Positions 8,871-16,710 of a stretch of DNA of 32,000 nt are shown here, one piece after another. Each line of letters starts with the position of its first letter. Position 1 is the stretch's first letter. The stretch spans positions 2,250,001 to 2,282,000 of the forward strand of contig NC_007517.1 in the NCBI RefSeq assembly GCF_000012925.1, written 5' to 3'. The notes under the pieces were generated by a model. That model made no database searches, was not told the origin of the DNA, and saw only the letters and a list, made by a program, of their open reading frames with translations. The translations under genes were made by a program, and so were the position numbers. Source of the DNA: Geobacter metallireducens GS-15 (GTDB taxonomy: Bacteria; Desulfobacterota; Desulfuromonadia; Geobacterales; Geobacteraceae).

Positions 8871-10126
8871 CGACTCCCCATTTCCCCCATCAATCGGCAG
8901 GGACGCACGTCCTTCCCCTCAACCAAAAGCTCGCACGGCTCCCCATGCCCCAAAAAGAGCAGCGGACTCGCACTGTACCCATAGCTCCCCGAATTCAGGA
9001 ACCCGACCAGATCCCCCACCTCCGGCACCTCCACCGTCACCCCCTTCCCCATCAGATCAAGGGGGGTGCAGAGGGGACCGACAAGGGTGCAGATTATCCG
9101 TTCCGCACCGGGCCGCGAAAGGTTGCGGACCAAGTAGTTCTTCCTAATGGTCATGCCGAGATTGCCCGATGCCGACAGGTGGTGGTTCATCCCCCCGTCG
9201 AGAACATAGAACTGCTCGCCCCGCGACAGCTTTTCACTCACCACCCGAGTTACGTAGATTCCGGCCTCGGCAACCAGGAACCGTCCCAGCTCCAGGAGGA
9301 TGCGGGGTTTTGTCCCCGTGGCCTCGCGGTACCGGTCGAACTCGGCCCTGAAAAGGAGGGCCAGCTTGTCCAGATCGAGCCCCGGATGCTCTTCGTAGTA
9401 GGAGACCCCGAGCCCACCGCCGATGTTGATGACCCGGCACTCCATGCCGTAGTCGGTGGTAATCCGGGCCGCTATGGCCAGGGTGTTGGCGAGATTCTGT
9501 GCCAGGGCTTCCTCGTTCAGGCACTGGGTGCCGGCGTAGATGTGGATTCCCTTGAAGTCAAACGCATCGGCATTGGCCTTGATGAAGTCCAGGGCCGATG
9601 GCAGTTCTTCCTCGTCGATACCGAACTGGGAAGCCTTACCACCCATCTTCACCGCGAAGTCCCTAATGAGGAGCTGGGGGTTGACCCGCACCAAAATGTA
9701 AGCCCGATGCGAACCGGCCCGAACCAGATCGCGCAGGTCATTAAGCTCGCGCAGCGATTCGACGCTGATGCAGCCAACCCCGGCCTCCAGGGAGCGGCGC
9801 AGCTCGTCGCGGGTTTTGCCCGGACCGGCGAAGCTGATGCACCCCGCGTCATAGCCGGTCTCCAGGGCGCGCTCCAGCTCGCCGGCCGAGGCAATGTCGA
9901 GGCCGTCCACTTCGCCCCGCATGGCTGCCAGGAGTTCCCGGTTCGGGTTGGCCTTGACGGCGTAGAGGAGTTCGAGGCTGTCGCCGAAGGCCTTGCGGAC
10001 GGCAGCGCACTTCTCCTTCACCTTGTCCAGGTCGTAGAGGTAGAAGGGGGTGCCATAGCGCGCGGCAAGCTCCTCGAAGCAGATATTCCGCAGGCAGGTT
10101 TTGCCGTTTTGTTCCGTCAGGATCAT
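8867..10126 (-). CDS. PLP-dependent decarboxylase, Orn/DAP/Arg decarboxylase family 2 (exosortase A system-associated type)
   Basis: Motifs are the PLP-lysine motif YAVKANPN, GGGLGV, GPLCTPLD and SGSYGYS, in a DAP-decarboxylase-like layout. The track start at 10150 is a GTG. The ATG at 10126 overlaps the ligase stop (TGATG) behind AGGGAAG and is preferred. Confidence 0.85.
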   Translation of the reverse strand: MILTEQNGKTCLRNICFEELAARYGTPFYLYDLDKVKEKCAAVRKAFGDSLELLYAVKANPNRELLAAMRGEVDGLDIASAGELERALETGYDAGCISFAGPGKTRDELRRSLEAGVGCISVESLRELNDLRDLVRAGSHRAYILVRVNPQLLIRDFAVKMGGKASQFGIDEEELPSALDFIKANADAFDFKGIHIYAGTQCLNEEALAQNLANTLAIAARITTDYGMECRVINIGGGLGVSYYEEHPGLDLDKLALLFRAEFDRYREATGTKPRILLELGRFLVAEAGIYVTRVVSEKLSRGEQFYVLDGGMNHHLSASGNLGMTIRKNYLVRNLSRPGAERIICTLVGPLCTPLDLMGKGVTVEVPEVGDLVGFLNSGSYGYSASPLLFLGHGEPCELLVEGKDVRPCRLMGEMGSR

Positions 10127-11697
10127 CAATTCTTCCCTGCCGCCAGCCACTCTTTCTTGATCCCCGAGCGGTCAATCTTGCCGTTGGCGGTTTTCCTGAA
10201 CGCCTTCTCGAAGTGAATCTCCTGGGGGACCATGTAGGTGGGGAGCCGCTTGCGGCACTCCTTGAGCAGCTCCTTCTTGTGTTCCTCCTCGTGGTCAGTC
10301 TCCATGACCGCCACGATGATCTGGTCGCCCGACTCCACTTCCTTGCCGAAGACAACCACGTTGCTCACGCCAGGCAAGCCGATGAGCACCTCTTCAACCT
10401 CGGTGGGGCTCACCCGGTAGCCGGAGGTCTTGATCATCTCGTCGCGGCGGGAGACGTAGTAGAGGAAGCCGTCCTCGTCCTTCTTCACGATGTCGCCGGA
10501 GTAGACCACGGTCTCGTGCAGGTGGGGCTGATCGTGGAAACGGGGATTCTTCCGGAAGATCACCTTGGTCTTTTCCGGGTCGTTCCAGTAGCCGTGGGTG
10601 ATGAGGGCGCCACGGTGGACCAGCTCCCCCTCTTCGCCCGGGGCACACTCTTCGCCCTTGGCGTTCACCACCAGGATCTCCACGTTGGGAATCCCCTTGC
10701 CAATGGAGTCGGGCCGGCGGTCAAGCTCCTCGGGGGGAAGGAAGGTGGAGCGGAATGCTTCGGTGAGCCCGTACATGAGGAAGAGCCGGGAGTTGGAGAA
10801 AAACTCGCGGATGCGGGAGACCATGATCCGGGGCACCTTGCCGCCGCTGTTGGTGAGGTAGCGCAGGTGGGGGAAGTCGGAGTTGTAGGTGAGCTTGATC
10901 TTGTCGTTGAAGAGCTTGGCCCAGATAGGGGGCATGCCGGCAAAGCCGGTGATCTCTTCCTTGACGAGGAGGTCCAGGAGATCCTTGACCATGACGAACT
11001 GGTGCAGCACCAGGGTCGCGCCGTGGAGGACGGCGGTGGTGGCCTGGTTGAGGCCGTAGTCGAAGTTGAAGGGAAGGACGCTGATAATCCGGTCCTTCTC
11101 GGTGATCTCCAGGTAGGTGCTGACGATCTCGGCCCCGTCCACCACGGTGCTGTGGGGCACCACCACCCCCTTGGGCATGCCGGTGGAACCGGAGGTGTAG
11201 ATGAGGCAGGCGATGTCCGGGGAGAAGCCGGGAACGGGGGTGTAATCAGCCGGGAGCGTTGCCTTGAGCTTGGGCCAGCAGGGGTGCCCTTCCCGGTCGT
11301 GCTCCGGCTCGTCCACATGGATGAGCTTTCCGGGCGCGGCCAGGTGGTTCTTGCGGAACAGCTCGCTGGTGGTGATCATGAGCTGGATCTGGCAATCGTT
11401 GACGATGTATTCGATCTGCTCTTTCTTGAGGATGGGGTTGATGAAGACAAAGACCGCCCCGGCCAGGGTGGCGCCGAACATGGCGGTGAGCTGCTCGATG
11501 GACTTGTCGAGGTAGATGCCGACCCGCTCGCCCCGCTTGATGCCGAGCCCGCGGATAAGCCCCTTCATCTTGAGCGCTTCCTCGTGCAGTTGGGCATAGG
11601 TGATGGTCCGGTCGTGGTGCTTGACAGCAACCTTATCGGGCAACCGCGCGGCGGTGTCTTCCAGCAGATGGCCTAGCAGATACGGTCTCAGACTCAT
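10126..11697 (-). CDS. AMP-forming acyl-CoA/acyl-ACP ligase (adenylate-forming superfamily, exosortase A-associated type)
   Basis: Motifs are the AMP-binding signature IYTSGSTGMPKGV, YGLTE, SGDIVKKDEDGFLYYVSRRDEMIKTSGYRVSPTEVE and the C-terminal KTANGKIDR. The start overlaps the ACP stop as ATGA. Confidence 0.9.
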   Translation of the reverse strand: MSLRPYLLGHLLEDTAARLPDKVAVKHHDRTITYAQLHEEALKMKGLIRGLGIKRGERVGIYLDKSIEQLTAMFGATLAGAVFVFINPILKKEQIEYIVNDCQIQLMITTSELFRKNHLAAPGKLIHVDEPEHDREGHPCWPKLKATLPADYTPVPGFSPDIACLIYTSGSTGMPKGVVVPHSTVVDGAEIVSTYLEITEKDRIISVLPFNFDYGLNQATTAVLHGATLVLHQFVMVKDLLDLLVKEEITGFAGMPPIWAKLFNDKIKLTYNSDFPHLRYLTNSGGKVPRIMVSRIREFFSNSRLFLMYGLTEAFRSTFLPPEELDRRPDSIGKGIPNVEILVVNAKGEECAPGEEGELVHRGALITHGYWNDPEKTKVIFRKNPRFHDQPHLHETVVYSGDIVKKDEDGFLYYVSRRDEMIKTSGYRVSPTEVEEVLIGLPGVSNVVVFGKEVESGDQIIVAVMETDHEEEHKKELLKECRKRLPTYMVPQEIHFEKAFRKTANGKIDRSGIKKEWLAAGKN

Positions 11698-11930
11698 GCT
11701 TCCCCCCTCTTGGATGTGATCAGGCTCGAAATGGCCGTTACGGTGCCAAGCTTTTCGACGGTCATGTCATCAACGTCGAATTCGACGTCAAAGGTCTGCT
11801 GAATGAAGGTGATGAGCTCCATGACCCCCATGGAGTCGATGATCCCCTGTTCGATGAGGGGGGTGCCCGGAGTCACGTCGGCATCGAGGGTGTCTTTGAA
11901 ATAGGTGATGAGTTGGGTTTCGATGGTCAT
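11694..11930 (-). CDS. Acyl carrier protein
   Basis: 78 aa and acidic. GIIDSMGVMELI contains the DSx phosphopantetheine-attachment serine. It sits immediately upstream of, and is coupled to, the ligase gene. Confidence 0.85.
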   Translation of the reverse strand: MTIETQLITYFKDTLDADVTPGTPLIEQGIIDSMGVMELITFIQQTFDVEFDVDDMTVEKLGTVTAISSLITSKRGEA

Positions 11931-11972
11931 GCTCAGTACCTCTGGTTTTGGAATGACTACTTTTGTCTATCA

Positions 11973-12069
11973 ACCCTCTCCCCCAGGGAGAGGGTGCCCG
12001 AAGGGCGGGTGAGGGAAACTCTGGCCACCGTGCCCCCTCACCCCTACCCCTCTCCCTCAGGGAGAGGGG
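11973..12069. repeat. REP-like compound palindromic element (three hairpins)
   Basis: Hairpin 1 is ACCCTCTCCC-CCA-GGGAGAGGGT (11973-11995). Hairpin 2 is GGGTGAGGG...CCCTCACCC (12007-12043). Hairpin 3 is CCCCTCTCCC-TCA-GGGAGAGGGG (12047-12069). The element fills the only sizeable gap (146 nt) in the gene train. No T-run follows on either strand. Confidence 0.7.
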
Positions 12070-12076
12070 AAACTTT

Positions 12077-13060
12077 CTAAAACATATCAAAATCACCGCA
12101 ATGGACCACCCACCCTTTATCGGGCAGGTTGTCCGTGAATGCGTGGGTAAGAAAATCGATATCCCACCGCTTGAGAAACACCATCTTCCGCAGAAGTGGC
12201 TCATACCAGGCGTCGGGCGTGGCATAGATCACGAGCCGCTGAATCCCCTGCTCGCTGGCCAACCGCGCGAGGTGCGATATGGCCTTGCGGAAAAGTTCCG
12301 GGTCGTCCCCCTCCACAATGATGTCGAGGATCTTCCGCTCGCTGCCGGTATCGTACGTGACGCAGTAGCCGCAAACCCGGTCGCCTGCCATGATCTGATA
12401 GCCGGTGGTCTGGTAGTGGAGGTTACCGAGGAACTTCCAGTTGAGGAACGCGGCGGTCTTATGGAAGTAGGCGTGCTTCGACGCGCGGCGATACCGTTCG
12501 AGCACCGGGTCGAGCTGCTCGGGGGAGAAACGGGACACCAGGTTAAGACTCAGGTCGGCATGGCGTCTGCCGGGTTTGACAAAAGAAAGCACGCTTTCGG
12601 CATTGAGCCCCGAGGCATTGGTGATCTTCTTGTACACCCCCACCTTGGCGGTGATCTTCCAGTTGAAGTACTTCAGGTAATACTTCTTGGACTCCTCGTT
12701 GGCATAGGCAAAGAGGAGATCGACTTTTTGCTCAAGCTCATCGGTGGTGAGACGGCAGAGCTTGCCGAACACTCCGTGAAAGAGCCGGTAATCGGGGTCC
12801 ACCAGGGTATTGACCCCCATGGCACTGCGGTAGAGGGTACCTGCACATGCCACATCCTGGGGGATGTAGTTCTCCTGCCCCACGAGGCGTTCGCCGTCGT
12901 AGCAGAGCCCCAGGTACGACTCTCCTGCAGGGTTGCCTGCATAGAAGGAGTCGAAGAAGCGCTCGTTGCGGTGGCCGTTGATCCGCTCCCAGAAGGAGTG
13001 GATGTTCTGGCGGTGATCCGCGTAATTGGTCGTGAAGGTATAGTCAAGCGTACGTTTCAT
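12077..13060 (-). CDS. Hypothetical protein, probably a two-lobed GNAT-fold acyltransferase
   Basis: 327 aa with no TM segments. The call rests only on general resemblance to GNAT/FemX-like proteins and on context next to ACP and ligase. The start overlaps the upstream stop as ATGA (13057-13060). Confidence 0.45.
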   Translation of the reverse strand: MKRTLDYTFTTNYADHRQNIHSFWERINGHRNERFFDSFYAGNPAGESYLGLCYDGERLVGQENYIPQDVACAGTLYRSAMGVNTLVDPDYRLFHGVFGKLCRLTTDELEQKVDLLFAYANEESKKYYLKYFNWKITAKVGVYKKITNASGLNAESVLSFVKPGRRHADLSLNLVSRFSPEQLDPVLERYRRASKHAYFHKTAAFLNWKFLGNLHYQTTGYQIMAGDRVCGYCVTYDTGSERKILDIIVEGDDPELFRKAISHLARLASEQGIQRLVIYATPDAWYEPLLRKMVFLKRWDIDFLTHAFTDNLPDKGWVVHCGDFDMF

Positions 13061-13884
13061 GGATTGCTGATATTCCCTGTTCCGGAATCGTCGATGCGGT
13101 AGCAGAACCGGTAGAGCTTGCGGTAAGTGCCGTACCCCACCAGGCTCTTGACGAAGTTCTTGGCCTTCTTGTTGATGATCATGGGGAGGAGCACCGACCG
13201 GTCTCCCGCCACGATCCGGCCGAAGGTGGCGAGGTCATAGGACCCCGAAACGTTGATCCTCCCCAGCACTGCCGGGGTTCCCCCCCTGTGCCGGATCACC
13301 GGCTCTGAGGTGCTTACGGAGCGGTAGCCGGCCTGAGCGGCCATCTCTATGACGCGGCGGTCGAAGACCCCCTGGGGCATGCTGATGTGGTTCACGGCAC
13401 GGCCGATCCGGTCCTCAATGGCCTTTTTCGAATCCTCCAGCTCGGCCCGGATCTCCCCGTCGGTGAGAAGCCCCAGGGGGCGGTGACTGACCGTATGGGA
13501 CTGGATCGAAATGCCGGCATCGGCCAACTCCCGAACCTGCTCCCACGTCATGTAGCCGGGTTGCCCCATGAAGCAGGAAACCACGAAGATGGTGGCGGTG
13601 AGCCCCAGTCCTGTGAGAATGGGCCAGGCAGCGCTGTGGTTGTTGTCCCACCCGTCGTCGAAGGTGATGACGACCCCGTTCCGCTCGCCGTTTCCAGTCA
13701 GGAGATCATCCAGGGAGAGGGACCGAAAACCGCCGGCAGTCAGTTGCTCCATCTGACTGCGGAACGCATCGGCCGTCACGCAGTAGGCTGGGTTGGTCTT
13801 TCGCACCGCCTTGTCCTGCTCGCTGGTGGCGGTTACCTCATGGTACATGAGGACCGGGGCTGTCATTGCCGGAATCGTGTCCAT
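13057..13884 (-). CDS. Polysaccharide deacetylase (NodB/CE4; PEP-CTERM-locus subfamily type)
   Basis: Motifs are PVLMYHEV, ITFDDGWDNN, QSHTVSHRPL and HISMPQG. Confidence 0.85.
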   Translation of the reverse strand: MDTIPAMTAPVLMYHEVTATSEQDKAVRKTNPAYCVTADAFRSQMEQLTAGGFRSLSLDDLLTGNGERNGVVITFDDGWDNNHSAAWPILTGLGLTATIFVVSCFMGQPGYMTWEQVRELADAGISIQSHTVSHRPLGLLTDGEIRAELEDSKKAIEDRIGRAVNHISMPQGVFDRRVIEMAAQAGYRSVSTSEPVIRHRGGTPAVLGRINVSGSYDLATFGRIVAGDRSVLLPMIINKKAKNFVKSLVGYGTYRKLYRFCYRIDDSGTGNISNP

Positions 13885-13891
13885 CGTCGCC

Positions 13892-15862
13892 CTACCCCAG
13901 ATACTCGTTCAGGCTCGGCGGCGTGACGCCGAGGGGATCGTTGGCCAGGTAGCAGTGATGCCAGATGTCGAAGGTGAGCAGGAACAGGATCCGGTTCGCC
14001 TTCGAGTTGAGGAAGTTGGGCCAGCCGACCGCCCCCTGCTGGAACGACTCGTATTTCTCGAACAGGGTACGGAGATAATCGGTGCGGAAATACTCTCCCA
14101 TGACTTCGGACCGGAGCAGCTTCTCGTAGATCCGTTTCCTCAGGGCCGGGTCGTTGAGGAAGATCATGACCGGCACGAATCCCCCCTGCTTGGGCTTGGA
14201 CATGATTTCCGGGGGGAGGATCCCCTCCATGGCCTTGCGGTGCAGGAGCTTGCTCTTGAATCTCCCCCGGAGGTGGTCCACAAGCCCCCCGCCCCGTTTG
14301 ACGGGCATGGGGAGAGACACCAGGAAGTCGGCCACATCGGCGTCCAGGAACGACTCACGGAGCACCAGGCCAAGCATGTCGGCCATGCGGCCGGACTTGA
14401 CCATGACATTCTCGTTGACGTAGTGCCGCATGTCCTGCTCGATCTGGGTTTCCAGGTAAACCTGGGCAAAGGATTCCGGGCTGCCCGCGGGCTCGCCGAA
14501 GATACGCGGCACCCGGGCCAGGTTGCCGTTTCTGTAAAGTTGGCTCAGTTCGTGGCCGTCGTAACCGTAGAAGTACCAGTCGTTCAGATCTGCTGCCCGA
14601 TTCCAGAAGAGCCGCAACTGGAAGCCGAGGTTGTCGCGATCATAGAACAGGGGACCCCGGAGCAAGCTTGAGACGGTGCGGGCCGGACCGATCATGCCGC
14701 TCTTGCGGAACAGGTAGTGGACGGCAGCAGGTCGGCCGCCGGCGAAACCGCCGGTGCCGTACATCTGGTCGGCCCCTTCGCCGCCGATGACCGCCTGGAC
14801 GTGGCCGCTGGCCGATTTGAGCCCCATGTAGGTGAGGAAGAGGCCGAACTCGAAATAGGGCTCTTCCAGGTGCCACACCAGGGAAGGGAGATCGTCGATC
14901 TCGCGACCGGTGATGGTGTACTCATGGTGATCGGTGCCGAAGTGCTTTGCCACGATCCGGGCGAAGGGGCGCTCGTCGAAACGGGGGTCTTCAAAGCCGA
15001 TGGCGAAGGTCTTGACCGGCGTACTGGAGCAGGAGGCAGCCAGGGCCGCGTTGGCGCTGGAATCGAGCCCGCCGCTCAACATGACGCCGGTGCTGCCGTC
15101 GCTCCCCATGCGCCTGGCGATTGCACCGCGCAGTAGATCACGGTAGGCGGGAATCGCTTCTTCCATGGTCATGCCTGGGCGGGTCACGGCATCAAACTGC
15201 CAGTAGGGGGCAACCTCCGCTTTGCCATCACGGAAAGTGAGCATGTGCCCCGGCGGCAGCTTGTTGATCCCTTTGAGGATCGACCAGGGAGAGGTGATGT
15301 AGGCGTATTTCAGGAACAGGTTGAGGCCTTCGTGGTCCAGTTCCCGCCTTACCCCCGGACAGGCCAGGAGGGTTTTGAGATGGGTGGCGAAGATAAGCCG
15401 TCCGTCGGCCACGGTCCAGTAGAGCTGGTGGGCGAGGCCGAAGCGGTCGTTCATGAGGCGGAAGGTCTTTTCCCGTTCGTCGAGGATGCCGATGGTGAAG
15501 AGGCCGTTGATGGAGCGGGCGAAGGAGGCGCCGCTGCGCCGGTACATGCGCAGGACGAGGTCAAGGTCGCCGCAGCAGGGACGCCCCGAGGGTGGATGCT
15601 GCGAGAGGAGCTCCCGGTAGTTGTTGACCTCGCCGTGGATAACCGCCGCAAGACCGGCGTCGGGATCGTGCTCTATGCGGGTCTGGCGGCTCGGGGAGTC
15701 GGCGGCGCTCCGCCGCATGCCGATGAGATGGCCGAGCCCCGTGGAGACGGAGAACTCACCACTGCCACTCATCTTCAGGTAGGCCGCCATGGCATTACCC
15801 AGCACATCCCTGTCGGCAATGGCGTTCCTGAAATCGATTATCCCGAAAATTCCCTGGCTCAT
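13892..15862 (-). CDS. Asparagine synthase-family amidotransferase (exosortase A-associated type) lacking the N-terminal Cys nucleophile
   Basis: 656 aa. The PP-loop is VMLSGGLDSSANAA. The N-terminal domain is Ntn-glutaminase-like, but the protein begins MSQGIFGIIDF rather than MCG. An AAGGA RBS lies 9 nt upstream of the ATG at 15862. Confidence 0.85.
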   Translation of the reverse strand: MSQGIFGIIDFRNAIADRDVLGNAMAAYLKMSGSGEFSVSTGLGHLIGMRRSAADSPSRQTRIEHDPDAGLAAVIHGEVNNYRELLSQHPPSGRPCCGDLDLVLRMYRRSGASFARSINGLFTIGILDEREKTFRLMNDRFGLAHQLYWTVADGRLIFATHLKTLLACPGVRRELDHEGLNLFLKYAYITSPWSILKGINKLPPGHMLTFRDGKAEVAPYWQFDAVTRPGMTMEEAIPAYRDLLRGAIARRMGSDGSTGVMLSGGLDSSANAALAASCSSTPVKTFAIGFEDPRFDERPFARIVAKHFGTDHHEYTITGREIDDLPSLVWHLEEPYFEFGLFLTYMGLKSASGHVQAVIGGEGADQMYGTGGFAGGRPAAVHYLFRKSGMIGPARTVSSLLRGPLFYDRDNLGFQLRLFWNRAADLNDWYFYGYDGHELSQLYRNGNLARVPRIFGEPAGSPESFAQVYLETQIEQDMRHYVNENVMVKSGRMADMLGLVLRESFLDADVADFLVSLPMPVKRGGGLVDHLRGRFKSKLLHRKAMEGILPPEIMSKPKQGGFVPVMIFLNDPALRKRIYEKLLRSEVMGEYFRTDYLRTLFEKYESFQQGAVGWPNFLNSKANRILFLLTFDIWHHCYLANDPLGVTPPSLNEYLG

Positions 15863-15887
15863 TGGTGATGATCCTTCATGGCCGCGC

Positions 15888-16700
15888 TCAGATCAGCCTC
15901 TTGCCGTTCTGTTTGAATTCCCGCACGTGGTCTTTGGTCGGAAAGGAAAAATAGGACCCCTCGGACGCAGGATTCTCGCGGTACGTGGCGGTGCCGTCCC
16001 GCAGCGAGGCGATGGCCCGGGCCATGACGTGGGCGCCCAGGATCTTGGTCCGCCGGATGAGGGAGTCGAGGGTCTCGCCGGGGAGGATATCGACCATCTC
16101 CTGGCGGAGGATACGCCCGTCGTCAAGCTTCTCGTTCATCTCGTGGATCGTGATCCCCACCTGCCGCTCGTTGTGGTACATCTGCCAGAAATTGGGGAGC
16201 ATGCCCCGGTAGCGGGGAAGCGCGCCGTTATGGATGTTGATGCAGCCAAGCCGAGGCAGTTCCACCAGTTCCTTCTTGAAGATGACCGGGGCGGCAACGG
16301 AGGCGATGAGGTCCAGGTCCATCTCCCGGAGCGACGCGAGGAATTCAGGGGAGTTGACCCGGTTGGTACTGAAGACCGGCATTCCATGGTGGGCACAGAG
16401 TTGGCCAACGCTGTAGAAGTTCCCCCCGGCCAGGGCCGGTATCCTGGCCTTCACCTTGTAAGACGCATAGCGGGTGCCGACCCGAACGAAATCCAGGGGG
16501 CCGTAGAAGTCGTACATCTGCCGGGCCAGCTGCACAGGGCCCTTCTTCCCCATGGCAGCGGCGATTACGACCCCCTTGATGGACGCAAGATCGTTGAAAG
16601 ACTTGAAAAACTCCTCGAAGAAGAGCCTGACGTAGAAAGGGTCGTCCTGGGTGATGAACAGGACGTTCAGTTTTTTGCTTTTCGTGTCGCTCATGGGCAT
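15888..16700 (-). CDS. Formyltransferase-family protein (Fmt/ArnA N-domain-like)
   Basis: 270 aa. CINIHNGALPRYRGMLPNFWQ matches the formyl_trans_N HxSLLPxxRG-type motif, with DDGRIL downstream. There is no tRNA-binding C-terminal domain. Confidence 0.8.
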   Translation of the reverse strand: MPMSDTKSKKLNVLFITQDDPFYVRLFFEEFFKSFNDLASIKGVVIAAAMGKKGPVQLARQMYDFYGPLDFVRVGTRYASYKVKARIPALAGGNFYSVGQLCAHHGMPVFSTNRVNSPEFLASLREMDLDLIASVAAPVIFKKELVELPRLGCINIHNGALPRYRGMLPNFWQMYHNERQVGITIHEMNEKLDDGRILRQEMVDILPGETLDSLIRRTKILGAHVMARAIASLRDGTATYRENPASEGSYFSFPTKDHVREFKQNGKRLI

Positions 16701-16710
16701 CGTTATTCCG

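Noticed and set aside
8839-9147. Proline-rich ORF (PPPAPPPSPPSPS) that could look like a secreted or repeat protein
   Set aside because: It lies antisense to the PLP decarboxylase gene. The low-complexity sequence is a by-product of GC-rich codons on the opposite strand.
11788-12225. 145-aa minus-strand ORF and the start of plus-strand ORF 11963..13102 with PLSLRERG/GEG-type sequence
   Set aside because: The peptide is simply the translation of the REP-like palindromes. It overlaps the ACP gene and the GNAT-like gene in other frames.
16464-16479. Sigma-54-like match on the minus strand, cGGCACccgctaTGCg (GG-N10-GC spacing correct)
   Set aside because: It lies inside the formyltransferase coding sequence in a GC-rich region where GGCAC and TGC are frequent. 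It lacks the TTGC of the -12 box. Probably chance.
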